This document shows, piece by piece, positions 26,564 to 36,170 of a stretch of DNA of 45,052 bases (within the stretch, counting starts at the first letter, position 1; each line of letters starts with the position of its first letter). Position numbers and translations under genes: made by a program. The stretch is from IMG/VR virus record IMGVR_UViG_3300024187_000011, positions 1 to 45,052 of that record; one strand, written 5' to 3'. Source of the DNA: a virus. Lineage: Duplodnaviria > Caudoviricetes. The notes under the pieces were generated by a model that saw only the letters and a list, made by a program, of their open reading frames with translations, was not told the DNA's origin and ran no database searches.

Positions 26564-28064
26564 CCGCGAACTCCGCAGGATCGTAGCTTGCCGCGGGGTA
26601 CATTTTCTCGATAGTCGCCTGCGCGTCTTCAACTCCCAGCACGTTCGCGATCATTCCCGCAGCCGTCTTCGGGTCGAGCGTGCCTGCGCACTTTCCATCC
26701 GAGGATCCCATCGTGAAGCCGGTCTTGATCGCAGCGATGGCTTTGTCTGGGTCCTGCGTGATGATCGCCGGGAAGCTCACCATCACCTGAACCGTGCGGC
26801 TGTCAATCTTGGCCTCGCGCAACTCTTTCCCGGTTTGGCCGGGCGCGCGGCTCTTCACCGAAATAACATAGCGCCCTACGGTCGTGAGCACGTCTTCCCA
26901 GCCCTCTTGCTGGGATCGGCACGCCAGTTCCGTGGGTCGGTCCATCGATGTTCCGGTTGCCAGGCTGCCGACGTCGACGTCACCGAAGAACCGCTCATCG
27001 AAATCGAAGCACATGTACGCCATGTGCGCGACTCTGCGGCCTTCCTCCGGGTCGGTGTTGGCGCCCGCCGTCTTGATGGCGTCCATCGTAATTCCAGCCC
27101 CGAATACCGCTGCAGCTCCGGTCTGTGGCGCCGGGTTTCTTTCGCGAGGGTTCACGCGGTCAACGGCGTAGGTCGATTCAAGCGTGTTCTGGATCGCGTC
27201 AACCGATTTCTGCCCGCCCTTGGTCGTGATCTTGTGGCCGAACCTGGCCAGGTTTTCGGCTTTCTTGCAGTAGTCCGCCAGGAGCTTTCGGTATGCCGTC
27301 GCCCAGTCGATCGCGGGGTAAACCCTGGAGAGTCCGAAGCGCCACTTTTTCGGTGCACCTGTCTTGTAGTGAACGATCGGGATACCCCACTCGACTTTTT
27401 CGCCGCCGATGGTGTCGGGCCGGGCTTTCGGATAGAAGTCGACCGCTGGATACCAGGACGTCTTTTGAACCGGCGTCAGTATTCCCAGTTTCGTGTCGAA
27501 GGAGTCCTGATACCAGACGCGCTTGTAGTACCAGGGCACGCTCGAATCATCCGGGTCGGTGATGATCTCCGCGATTTCGAGTGCGTCGATTGACCGGATC
27601 AGCACTTCACCCGACAGCCGGTTAGTCGGGAGCGCATAGAACACGTTGCCATCGGTCTGCGCTGCGATGTGGCTTTCATACAAGGCGACCGGTGAAAGCT
27701 CGCTTGAGTTGCGCGGGTTCATCCAGAAATCTTCGAGGATTTTATGTGCCTGCGGGTTATCGCTCTTCACGTCGACGCCGCGACCAAAGACGTAATACGC
27801 TGAGATGCGACAGCCCCTACCGATGATCGGATTCTTGATTGCGAAGAGCCGGGATATCTCGATAATGAGCCTGCGCCCTGCCGGACTGAACTCTCTTCGT
27901 CCAGCAGCAACCATGCGCTGCCAGCCCTGATCGTTCATGTCCAGTTCCAAATCGCTGTACGATTCTTTCAGTTCCCGGAATGCGGCCAGGTCGCGGCTCG
28001 CGGTTTCGAGCAGGTTCACCAGAGGCTTGTTCAGAGCAAGGGTCGCGCGCTGCAACCAGTTCAT
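26463..28064 (-). CDS. Portal protein
   Basis: 533 aa; KNPIIGR...VFGRG...DGNVF...IITDPDD...RFGLS...LATGTSM; between terL and protease. Confidence 0.85.
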   Translation of the reverse strand: MNWLQRATLALNKPLVNLLETASRDLAAFRELKESYSDLELDMNDQGWQRMVAAGRREFSPAGRRLIIEISRLFAIKNPIIGRGCRISAYYVFGRGVDVKSDNPQAHKILEDFWMNPRNSSELSPVALYESHIAAQTDGNVFYALPTNRLSGEVLIRSIDALEIAEIITDPDDSSVPWYYKRVWYQDSFDTKLGILTPVQKTSWYPAVDFYPKARPDTIGGEKVEWGIPIVHYKTGAPKKWRFGLSRVYPAIDWATAYRKLLADYCKKAENLARFGHKITTKGGQKSVDAIQNTLESTYAVDRVNPRERNPAPQTGAAAVFGAGITMDAIKTAGANTDPEEGRRVAHMAYMCFDFDERFFGDVDVGSLATGTSMDRPTELACRSQQEGWEDVLTTVGRYVISVKSRAPGQTGKELREAKIDSRTVQVMVSFPAIITQDPDKAIAAIKTGFTMGSSDGKCAGTLDPKTAAGMIANVLGVEDAQATIEKMYPAASYDPAEFAANPIEEPPIDPAGGVPVPAGPRPSRSSPNPQAA

Positions 28065-28079
28065 GCGGGCAATTGTACC

Positions 28080-28340
28080 CTAACGGGCTAGTTTGCGCTT
28101 CAGCTCCGCGCCGGGGTTGATGTTGTGCTCAACCGAGCGCACGATCTGCGGACGCTTGTACATCGCCTGACACCAGACGTTATCGTGCGGATAATAAAGC
28201 GGTGCGCCGATGGGTTCGTAGCCGTCCGCAATTTCGATATTCACAAGCGCCGGCAGTTCCTTCAGGTTGACGCAGCCGACGATTCCGTAGGGCGGTTTGT
28301 TGATCAGTGGTTTGTTTTCGTAGCTGTCCGGTTTGTCCAT
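28080..28340 (-). CDS. DUF1737-like small protein
   Basis: LVNIEIADGYEPIGAP...WCQAMYK. Confidence 0.6.
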   Translation of the reverse strand: MDKPDSYENKPLINKPPYGIVGCVNLKELPALVNIEIADGYEPIGAPLYYPHDNVWCQAMYKRPQIVRSVEHNINPGAELKRKLAR

Positions 28341-28350
28341 CTCGGATATC

Positions 28351-28545
28351 TTACGTCAACTGTCGCGTGATCCGCACGACGACCTTACGGCAGCGCGGGC
28401 CGGCTTTCGTGTCCAGCTTGCCTTCCAGTTCGCGGGTCATGGTTCCACACCGATACACTGCGACACCGCCCCACATGACGCCGGCTCGTTTTTGGTCGCA
28501 GTTCGGGCACGTTTCCGGAAGAGTGACAACGGCTGTCTTTTCCAT
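28351..28545 (-). CDS. Small Cys-containing protein
   Basis: CPNC...YRCG...C; downstream of a -10-like TATCCT with tandem RGATATCY. Confidence 0.5.
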   Translation of the reverse strand: MEKTAVVTLPETCPNCDQKRAGVMWGGVAVYRCGTMTRELEGKLDTKAGPRCRKVVVRITRQLT

Positions 28546-28599
28546 AACGGCTCCACACCGTCAAGGATAGCAGATATCTGGATATCTGCGTGTAGGACG

Positions 28600-29475
28600 T
28601 TATGCGACGCCGAAAAGGTCCAAGCCGGCGAACTTGTCGCGGCCGTGCTCGGCGATTGCGTCTCGCACCGCGCGTTCTTGCCAAGGCTCGGCGTGCACGT
28701 CCAGCCGGTGCATGAGCGATTCATACGGCTCCCACCACTCTGCAGGAACTTCAGCCGTGGGTGTGGTGAGAGGATCGGATTCGTACACCGCGAGATTGTA
28801 CTTCGCGTTGATCTGCTCATCGGTGAACTTGTGGCGCCAGCGCAGTACTTCGGTGATCTTGTATAGAGCCTGCTTCGCTCTCAGTCTTCGCCGAGAGCTG
28901 AACTGCAAGTGCATCAGCCCGCCCGCGCCTTGCGAGCCGCGCCGCTCTACATTCAACGTGCTGTTCGAGCCAACCGGATGCCGGTGGTGGAAGTCGTATC
29001 CGTCCCGCGCTGCCCATCCGTAATTCGGATGATCCGCGAAGGCCATCGTTACCCAGTTCGTGCCCCACACGCCAGAGCTGAAATACCGCCCGGTCCCCTG
29101 CGATAAGCACGTCCACGGAAGTTGCATCAGTTTCCCGTCACGCAGCCGCTCGATCGCGGGCCGGATGCTGTTCAGTAGATTCCCGCTCAGCACTTCGTCA
29201 GCGTCCACGATCGCGATGTGCGTTGCGTTCTGCTGCCGCGCGATGTCGAGCAGATACTGCCGGTGCGCCATCTCGCGCCAGGTCGGATCTGACTGCGCCA
29301 CGGTGAAGACGCGGCCACGGTATTCGTAGAACAATTCCCGCAGGATATCCGGAGTGCGGTCGGTCGACGCGTGGTCCAGGATGATCAACTCATCGACCCA
29401 CATCAGCGCCGCGCGCGCGGACAGACCGATAACCCAGTCTTCATTTCGACACGGAAGCAGGCCGATCAGCTTCAC
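28600..29475 (-). CDS. Glycosyltransferase family 2
   Basis: LLPCRNEDWVI...DELIILDHASTDRT...IVDADE GT-A motifs. Confidence 0.85.
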   Translation of the reverse strand: MKLIGLLPCRNEDWVIGLSARAALMWVDELIILDHASTDRTPDILRELFYEYRGRVFTVAQSDPTWREMAHRQYLLDIARQQNATHIAIVDADEVLSGNLLNSIRPAIERLRDGKLMQLPWTCLSQGTGRYFSSGVWGTNWVTMAFADHPNYGWAARDGYDFHHRHPVGSNSTLNVERRGSQGAGGLMHLQFSSRRRLRAKQALYKITEVLRWRHKFTDEQINAKYNLAVYESDPLTTPTAEVPAEWWEPYESLMHRLDVHAEPWQERAVRDAIAEHGRDKFAGLDLFGVA

Positions 29476-29747
29476 AGCAGCTCCACCGGAACGCGGTCGA
29501 CGCCGAGCAATCGCGTTTCGTTCAAGTCAACGGGCTTGCAATCTTCTACGTCCATGGGCCTGCTTCCAAGTCCGCTGTATGCTGTTGCGCCGGGCCACCA
29601 GCAGCTATTGGGCTTCTTGGCCACAACTTCACAGCACCGCACGCACCGCTGTTCTGTTGCTGTAGGAATCCCTGCGATATGGCGAACTAGCATGATGGCC
29701 TCCACAGTTGAGTAAAGTATTTCGTCGTTCCTGCCGAGAATGCGCAC
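29472..29747 (-). CDS. Hypothetical Cys-containing protein
   Basis: RHIAG...QRCVRC; start uncertain. Confidence 0.45.
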   Translation of the reverse strand: MRILGRNDEILYSTVEAIMLVRHIAGIPTATEQRCVRCCEVVAKKPNSCWWPGATAYSGLGSRPMDVEDCKPVDLNETRLLGVDRVPVELL

Positions 29748-30253
29748 AGCGTTTCTGCGTCCAGCTCAAACGGATGCAGCGCAAGGTTGACCGTGCGCGT
29801 GTGTCCGGTCGGGATATCCTGGTTCACTTTGCCGGCCACAGCCGAAGTATGCAGCACCGCGGGGAAGGCCCACAGTTTTTTGATCACTGCGTGAATCATC
29901 TCGTTCGATAAGTGCTGCGTGACTTCCTTGATCAGAACCAGGTCAGCAGTGGGCAGTTCGTCAGTCGTCACGTCCAGCAGCCGCGCGTCAACGCGCTGCG
30001 CCTTGCGATCTTCCACGACTGACGCTACGCAATCGACGCCGATGTAGCGCGCGTCACCCCACCGAACCGCCGCGGCGATTCTTCCGTCACCGCAGCCGAT
30101 GTCCAGAACGACGCGCGGTTTTAGTTGCACGATCGCCGTCTCAACCAGGTCGATATACTTCGTCATCGCGTGCGCATCAGATCCTCCGCCCGATCCGTAG
30201 CCCCAGGCTCGCGTTTCATAGATCCGAGTGAACTCTCTTCCGCACTCGGTCAT
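29687..30253 (-). CDS. Class I SAM-dependent methyltransferase
   Basis: WGYGSGGGS...VLDIGCGDG...YIGVD...DLVLIKEVTQHL. Confidence 0.85.
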   Translation of the reverse strand: MTECGREFTRIYETRAWGYGSGGGSDAHAMTKYIDLVETAIVQLKPRVVLDIGCGDGRIAAAVRWGDARYIGVDCVASVVEDRKAQRVDARLLDVTTDELPTADLVLIKEVTQHLSNEMIHAVIKKLWAFPAVLHTSAVAGKVNQDIPTGHTRTVNLALHPFELDAETLCAFSAGTTKYFTQLWRPSC

Positions 30254-30981
30254 AATCCTCTATTCACTAAAACTGTAGTGTGATCTTCAGAGCCTTCGTA
30301 GGTCGTGAACAACGGGCGACCGCAGAGCTGGTCCATTTTCAGCCGGTGCGCGATGATGCTGAGCGCGGTCTGGTCGTGCCGGTGTCCCTTGCAGCGTTCG
30401 TCCGCTGATATCCAGCCGGCATTGCGAACGCCCGGCGTCGTTGGGCTTGTGTTCGTATGACTCCCCGGAAAGATGTGCGGACTCTTCGCCGCGAACATCC
30501 ACTCTTCCAACAGCGTGCGGCACGTCGGCACACGCATATCCAGACCCACGCAATAGCTCGAAATCTCCGTGATTTTCATGGCGTCATCACGCAGCAGCAG
30601 CATTTCCAGCAAGCAGGCATCGCTTGCCCAGTTGCCGACGCGCGCCCCGTTGTCGCAGAAGTAGTAACCGCGCGTTGCGATGTGATCCACGAGCGGCTGG
30701 ATATCTCGAATAGGGTAGAACGCAGCGTCCAGCAGGATCACGATATCGGCAGTCTTCGCCGCTGCTGCCATTGCGAACGGCTTCGCGCAGTAAGCCGTGT
30801 AGTCGAACCCGTCAGCACCGATCACGGTCACAGCTCCAGGGGGAAGCGTGTTCACCCATGCCGTGATTCGGTAGTCCCGGTCCAGCAGTTCCGGCATCGT
30901 CTCATGAAACGCTGCGATCATCCGCGAGACGCCTCGCGGGTACCAGTGACCCAGCGCAACACAGCAGATTGCGACTTTCAA
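30250..30981 (-). CDS. Putative nucleotide-diphosphosugar transferase (GT-A fold)
   Basis: YCAKPFAM...ILLDAA...GHRHDQTALSI motifs. Confidence 0.7.
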   Translation of the reverse strand: MKVAICCVALGHWYPRGVSRMIAAFHETMPELLDRDYRITAWVNTLPPGAVTVIGADGFDYTAYCAKPFAMAAAAKTADIVILLDAAFYPIRDIQPLVDHIATRGYYFCDNGARVGNWASDACLLEMLLLRDDAMKITEISSYCVGLDMRVPTCRTLLEEWMFAAKSPHIFPGSHTNTSPTTPGVRNAGWISADERCKGHRHDQTALSIIAHRLKMDQLCGRPLFTTYEGSEDHTTVLVNRGL

Positions 30982-31688
30982 ATTGTCCTCCCAAAGTCGA
31001 ACAGCGGCGCCCGACCTTTGCGGATCTCCGACCAGTTCACATCAGGATCTGGCACATGGTCCGGTGGTGTGAACTCACCGCGCCAGCACACGGCCATTCC
31101 TGCAGGTGTGTTGTAGACTCTGCACTTCAAGCCTTGCTGGATCAGGTATTCCACGCCTTCCTGAATCGGTCGCCCCCAAAAGTCATGGAAGACGATTGCG
31201 CCGCGAGGTTCGAGGTGCGCGAGTGAACAGCACGCGTCGTTCAGCGGTTGCGGCCTATCGTGATCGCCGTCTATCATCACGCCGGCGAACTTGCCTTGTT
31301 CATAGGCGAAAAACTTCAGCGCCTTGTGGCCGTGATATTCGTCCAGGTGCTGCCAAAACCGTTCCATGTTCGTCTCGAATCGATGCGCGAACGCCGCGAG
31401 CCTGAGCGCGTGATCGACGGCGTGAACCGACAGACTCGCGAGCGCGATATGCGCTGTGGACCAGCCGAACCGCGCGCCGATGTCGAGCCATCGCCCGCCG
31501 ACAGCCTGCACGATGTTGTGCAGGATTGCTGCTTCGTCATCGGAAAGGAACCCGCATTCCGGCTCGAACTCTTTATCGGATGGGATATCGTGACCCATTG
31601 ACCAATCGCGCACTCGCCATTCTGTCGTAGCTGCGAACTGTGGCCGCAAGTCGGGGGCTCTCAGGTTGCTCTGGTATCTCATGCTCAA
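30978..31688 (-). CDS. Class I SAM-dependent methyltransferase (Methyltransf_24-like)
   Basis: WLDIGARFGWST...AVD...MIDGDH...LEPRGAIVFHD. Confidence 0.85.
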   Translation of the reverse strand: MSMRYQSNLRAPDLRPQFAATTEWRVRDWSMGHDIPSDKEFEPECGFLSDDEAAILHNIVQAVGGRWLDIGARFGWSTAHIALASLSVHAVDHALRLAAFAHRFETNMERFWQHLDEYHGHKALKFFAYEQGKFAGVMIDGDHDRPQPLNDACCSLAHLEPRGAIVFHDFWGRPIQEGVEYLIQQGLKCRVYNTPAGMAVCWRGEFTPPDHVPDPDVNWSEIRKGRAPLFDFGRTI

Positions 31689-31936
31689 TTCTCGCGTTTC
31701 TTCGGTGGAAGAGCGCCGATCTTTTCGGTGTCGTCAGTGATAGGTATCATGACTTCCGTGAAGCTCTTGGGTTGGCAGTTTGGCGAACGCTGCCGGTGAT
31801 CTTCAACCAGCGCAGGGATGCAGAGCTTGTCCATCCACGTCGTTACGTCTTCTTCCTGACGCGCTGCGACCGTCACGATCTGACGCTTGATGCCGCACAG
31901 GTCACAGGAATACTTGCACTGAATCGCGGCCTTCAC
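31685..31936 (-). CDS. Hypothetical protein
   Basis: 83 aa, overlaps neighbours by 4 nt on both sides. Confidence 0.6.
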   Translation of the reverse strand: MKAAIQCKYSCDLCGIKRQIVTVAARQEEDVTTWMDKLCIPALVEDHRQRSPNCQPKSFTEVMIPITDDTEKIGALPPKKREN

Positions 31937-32781
31937 ACGCGCACCTCATGACCGGGGAACCCGGCAGCTTTCCGGCTCTCGAACAGCCGTTTGTATGTGT
32001 CCCAGTGTTCCGGGGAATTTGCTTCCGTGAGAAACGCCGGCATGTGCTCGGCTCGCGTTCGATTGTCGCCGCGCGCCCAGTGTTGATGAATCTGCGTCAG
32101 GTCCGGTCGCTGCCAGAATACGCCGAGCTTTTCCGCAACGCATTGCAGCTCTTCGTCCGGGAACATGTGGAAGTATTCCGGCCACAGGGGGCCGTTTCCG
32201 CCGTTTATGCGAAGTGCGAACTCGCGACCGATCCAAGCTGAACCTGCGATGCGGTCGATGTAGGCTCCGCGATTCTCGCCGTACTGATCGCGTGATTGTT
32301 CGGAGTCTCCCCAGCGATCTCCGGTCGGCTGCATCACGCCGAAGGTTCCGAGCCGTTCCGCTTCATCGCGAGCACGATACTTTCCGTGCTGCACTAGGTC
32401 GCGCCCGGCATGCAAGCCGACGAAATACTGCTCGCACTCCTGCGCGATTTCATCGGCTCGCTTGGTGGTGTCCGGGAAAACATCGTCCCCGCCGATCACG
32501 AACCAGCGCGCATTCGGAACCTCAAGACGGTCACGGATCAGCGCATTAGTCGCTTTCGCGTATCCGGGATATCCTTGGTCACTGATGACAAGCGTGTTGT
32601 GCGGCTGCGCACCTTCCTTGCTCACGATGTTCCAGAGCCAATCCGAATAGCGCTGGTGCTCGTCGCGAGTTTGCACGTCGATCCAGACCGCGATGTGATA
32701 ACCCTGCCGCGTCCACGCCTGCGCCCACTTCTCTACTTCAGCCGGTGGACGCTTTGAAGGAACGCACACCCACACACTCAT
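31933..32781 (-). CDS. Glycosyltransferase-like (GT-A fold) protein
   Basis: VCVPSKRP...GYAKATN...IGGDDVFP...YFHMFPDEEL...HQHW. Confidence 0.7.
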   Translation of the reverse strand: MSVWVCVPSKRPPAEVEKWAQAWTRQGYHIAVWIDVQTRDEHQRYSDWLWNIVSKEGAQPHNTLVISDQGYPGYAKATNALIRDRLEVPNARWFVIGGDDVFPDTTKRADEIAQECEQYFVGLHAGRDLVQHGKYRARDEAERLGTFGVMQPTGDRWGDSEQSRDQYGENRGAYIDRIAGSAWIGREFALRINGGNGPLWPEYFHMFPDEELQCVAEKLGVFWQRPDLTQIHQHWARGDNRTRAEHMPAFLTEANSPEHWDTYKRLFESRKAAGFPGHEVRV

Positions 32782-32974
32782 GGTCTGGTGCCTTTCTGCC
32801 CGAGTCCACGGATGCGGTTCCAGTGCCGCTTTTCCAGCAGCCGGTCAAGATCGTAGTCGGCTCTCCGAACCGCTTCGTAGATGCTGCGCTCAAAAGAGTC
32901 GGCGGCGAAGAAGGCCCAATCTGACGGGATGAACCACCACGCTAGCCTAACACCGCAACGAAACAGCCACTCGG

Positions 32975-33202
32975 TCACAGTTCGATACCTTCTTTCTTCA
33001 GCGCATCCGCGCATCGCTGGGCGATCTCCAGCTTGCGCCGCAGGTTGTCTTTATGCAGGCCGATTCCAGCACTCATTGCCCACACCTTCCCCAATAGATT
33101 GACGATCAGTCGCCAGCCGTTCGATTCAATCCATAGTGCGCTCGCGACCGCGCTCAGCGCTGCCAACAGCGCGTAAACCCACCACGGAAAGAACGCCTTC
33201 AC
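32975..33202 (-). CDS. Small membrane protein
   Basis: GTG start with GGAGG RBS; two hydrophobic segments. Confidence 0.5.
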   Translation of the reverse strand: MKAFFPWWVYALLAALSAVASALWIESNGWRLIVNLLGKVWAMSAGIGLHKDNLRRKLEIAQRCADALKKEGIEL

Positions 33203-33930
33203 GCTACCTCCAGAGATTGCCCGCAGAAATAATCCCACTCCGGTGCTCTTTTCCAAGCAGTCGGTGCGTGCTCGCACTGATATTCCAGATCGATCCTTGA
33301 ACTGTTGCCGGCGTGCCGGTCGACAATCATCCTGGGTCGTGGGTCCGGTGCCGATGTAATCGCTGCGACATTCAAACGCTTCGCGAACGCGCTTTCCTCG
33401 GCGTACATCTCGCCAGGGATATCTCCGGACTCCGGATACTCGTTACCCATCCAAGAGCTGCGCCAGTAAACCATCGAACCGCCCAGTATTCCAGGAGCTG
33501 TTACCGGGTGGTCCTTCGGCACGTTGTCTCTGAGGTTCGACCGCCAGAGGTAAGCGCGCCGATTCTGCGAATCGAAGAAAAGAGAATCGCTGTACCCAAC
33601 GACTTCGGCGCCCGAGCGTTGCAGCTCGGCCACAAGTTCAGCCAGGCTCAGCGGGTCGCGCCAGTCGTCCGAATCCCAGACCGCGATGATGTCAGCGTGG
33701 CTCGCCATGTTGTTTCCGGTGTTGCGCAAGGCTCCGATGCTGGCGCGTTCGGTGTACGCCGCCGAAACTAGCGGGTGCTCGCGTGAAATCGGGTAACGCT
33801 GCGTGCCGTTATCAACCAGCAGCATCTGCTTATTTGGGTAGGTCTGCGCTTCGAAACACTTCACGGCTCGCGACGTGTGACGCCATCTATCCGCCGTAAG
33901 GCACACTGCAACGACCAGGGGGCTATCCAT
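33199..33930 (-). CDS. Glycosyltransferase family 2
   Basis: PLVVAVCLTADR...FEAQTYPNK...VDNG...IGALRN...WDSDD. Confidence 0.85.
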   Translation of the reverse strand: MDSPLVVAVCLTADRWRHTSRAVKCFEAQTYPNKQMLLVDNGTQRYPISREHPLVSAAYTERASIGALRNTGNNMASHADIIAVWDSDDWRDPLSLAELVAELQRSGAEVVGYSDSLFFDSQNRRAYLWRSNLRDNVPKDHPVTAPGILGGSMVYWRSSWMGNEYPESGDIPGEMYAEESAFAKRLNVAAITSAPDPRPRMIVDRHAGNSSRIDLEYQCEHAPTAWKRAPEWDYFCGQSLEVA

Positions 33931-34210
33931 GCCAGTTTTCTCGCGGCTCGCCCTTCCACTCGCGCTTCGGTCGCTCTTCTTTCGGCCGCGCTTCATTGAC
34001 TATGATCCTGCGACCAAGGATATCCGTGTTGTTCATGTGCTCGCACACCCGATGATCGTCGCATTCCGCGAACGCGAAGCCCCGCGGCTGTCCGGTCTGC
34101 CGGTCGGTCATGATATGCAGGTCGGTCAGCTCGAACTCGGATTCGTTGAATACGTCCAAGACTTCCTGAGTTGTGGCTTTGTAGGAAAGATTTCCGATGA
34201 AGATTCGCAC
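33923..34210 (-). CDS. RNA-binding protein, RRM domain
   Basis: RNP2 IFIGNL and RNP1 RGFAFAE, TDRQTGQ, GRRIIVNEARP; GTG start with GGAGG RBS. Confidence 0.9.
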   Translation of the reverse strand: MRIFIGNLSYKATTQEVLDVFNESEFELTDLHIMTDRQTGQPRGFAFAECDDHRVCEHMNNTDILGRRIIVNEARPKEERPKREWKGEPRENWHG

Positions 34211-34343
34211 GCGCCTCCAATGTCTCTCCGATCGCTGAGGCCGAGCCGTCGGAGGACTCGCATTCTCTGAACAGCTCGGCTGCGTTCGCATCGGAAGAAA
34301 ACAAACGCACTGGCATCATACACAGATATCCTTTACGTAGCAA
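34211..34343 (-). promoter_or_regulatory. Promoter and structured 5' leader of RRM gene
   Basis: TTGCTA-17-TATGAT with GGATATCT in spacer; leader stem GCCGAGCTGT/ACGGCTCGGC inside outer TCCGAT/ATCGGA stem. Confidence 0.6.
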
Positions 34344-34356
34344 GTACCAGACGGTC

Positions 34357-35805
34357 CTAGTACCGGCTGATTTCGTACTGTGGCCGCTCAGGTTCATCAA
34401 GCATGATGTGCCGCGGAATGATGCGCGTGAACGCGAGCACGTCAGCTTCCGCCCGGTCAGGTGATTTGACGCCGCGCTTTCGGGCGTCTTCTTTGCTTTC
34501 GATATACGTCCGGCCGCGGGAGTTTATGTCATAGAGGATCGTGCAGAGTTGGGCTTCAGTCTCTTCGTCCACCGCTTCCGGCATCGTGCGAACGAAGCCG
34601 CCGCGGTACCAGTCGCGCGTCGTGAAATACGCTTCGGCCTTCGCTGAGTCGAACTGCTCGCGATCAATCGGCGCGTGGCCGGCGTTGAACCCGAAGACGT
34701 TGAAGGATTGATCCGCCAGGTGCAGCGCGAAGTTGTAGCCGATGCCCGCGGTATCAACCAAACAGTCGGCCCCGGCATAGTCCGAGTGATGGTGCCACTT
34801 CGCGATGACCTTAACGACTTGGCCGCGCGGATCCGAATCGGGGAAGGCTGCGCGCTCCAGGATGATTCCGTCAACGCGCACGGTTACCGCCGTTTCATCG
34901 TCGCCCGGCCCGGCGACGTCGACGCCGATCTGAAGGCGTTGACCTTTTGCGCGCCGCAGCTCTTCTTCGCTCGGCTCGCGTTTTGCAGCTTCAATCCAGG
35001 ACAGATGAAACACCGCGTTTTCGGCTTGCTCCGGAAACTCAGCGAGCACACGGCTTTTGTACTTTGGATGCTGCGGGCCCCACTGCTTGTATCGGTCCCG
35101 AACCCACCGACGCGTGACCAGGCCCTTGACCAGAATCGTGTCGATAAAGTCTTCGTCTGCCGACATCAGTTGGTCGATGGTCACGCCGGCAAGGTTCGGC
35201 GTATCGAAAGCGCTGATAGAGTGCAGCACCCAGTCGGCGCGGTGCCTGGTGAAGGCGTCGTAGTATCCGCCTGATGGGATTGTGGGGTTGCCGGCCATGA
35301 CAAGCTGCACGTCGCCGCCCGCTCGCACGCCTTCGATAGCGTCCCAAACGGCTTCGCTGATACCGGGAGCTTCGTCTGCGATGATCAGGACGTTTTCACC
35401 GTGGAAGCCCTGCGCGTTGATTCCGTGCGACGCGCTGAACCCGATTCCGTAGCGATCTTCCGAGATTCGCAGGCTTGTCGTCGTTCCGACCGGATATCTG
35501 ATCTTGCTGGCGCGAGCTGCAAGCGTGATCTCTTCCCACATCAGCTTGACTTGTCGAAGTGTGGGCGCGATCGTGACGACTTTCGCGCGCTTGTGGCGCG
35601 TCATGTGCCACAAAGCCAGGCCCGCCAGATCGAAGGTTTTTCCGGAAGCGTGACAGCCCTTCACAGCGACAGGCTTGCGGCCGGCGACCGCGTGACACAA
35701 GCGCTGCTGTTCACTCCAGAGCTTCCGCCGTAGGATGCGGTGCTGAAACTCTACCGGGTCAACAAAGCGAGCCTTGCGTTTCGATACTGGTGCTGCTGCG
35801 ATCAA
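34357..35805 (-). CDS. terL: Terminase large subunit
   Basis: Walker A GCHASGKT, Walker B IIADEA, GNP, nuclease IGVDVAGPGDD and SPDRAEA. Confidence 0.95.
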   Translation of the reverse strand: MIAAAPVSKRKARFVDPVEFQHRILRRKLWSEQQRLCHAVAGRKPVAVKGCHASGKTFDLAGLALWHMTRHKRAKVVTIAPTLRQVKLMWEEITLAARASKIRYPVGTTTSLRISEDRYGIGFSASHGINAQGFHGENVLIIADEAPGISEAVWDAIEGVRAGGDVQLVMAGNPTIPSGGYYDAFTRHRADWVLHSISAFDTPNLAGVTIDQLMSADEDFIDTILVKGLVTRRWVRDRYKQWGPQHPKYKSRVLAEFPEQAENAVFHLSWIEAAKREPSEEELRRAKGQRLQIGVDVAGPGDDETAVTVRVDGIILERAAFPDSDPRGQVVKVIAKWHHHSDYAGADCLVDTAGIGYNFALHLADQSFNVFGFNAGHAPIDREQFDSAKAEAYFTTRDWYRGGFVRTMPEAVDEETEAQLCTILYDINSRGRTYIESKEDARKRGVKSPDRAEADVLAFTRIIPRHIMLDEPERPQYEISRY

Positions 35806-36170
35806 TCCCCGTCCAGGATGGCGTCAACGACTGCGATCGGTAGGAGATCCTTTCCGTCTGCGCCGGTCAGTTCTGTTTTATCACGCTGCCCCAAGTATTG
35901 CTTGCCGAGCCAGATTGCCATCGTCGCGTTGCCCTTCGTGAGCATCTTGAATTGCTCGCGCCGGATGCTGGCCTTTCCTTTTTCTCGGCCCCGCATCAGA
36001 CACCGCTGTAGCTTGCTGTTCGCCGAAGCGTGCCGGTGGATCGTGCGTTCGGATATCCCCAACACCTGCGCGATTTCGGTCTGCGTGCATTGAATCGCGG
36101 CCAGCTCTTCAACCAGGTTCCAATCGATCTGCGCTTTTGGGCGCCCGGCTTTGCCTTTTTTATTTGACAT
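35802..36170 (-). CDS. terS: Terminase small subunit (HTH type)
   Basis: GRPK...CTQTEIAQVLGISERTI...GNATMAIWLGKQYLGQRDKTELTG. Confidence 0.85.
   Translation of the reverse strand: MSNKKGKAGRPKAQIDWNLVEELAAIQCTQTEIAQVLGISERTIHRHASANSKLQRCLMRGREKGKASIRREQFKMLTKGNATMAIWLGKQYLGQRDKTELTGADGKDLLPIAVVDAILDGD

Noticed and set aside
28585-28612. Possible dif (XerCD) site, GTCGCATAA on minus strand
   Set aside because: No XerD-type TTATGTTAAAT arm at 6-nt spacing; it is simply the GT gene stop region
9738-36093. Numerous long plus-strand ORFs (e.g. 14716-15534, 23313-24041, 24079-25140, 26835-27593)
   Set aside because: Antisense shadows of well-supported minus-strand genes in GC-rich DNA; no motifs
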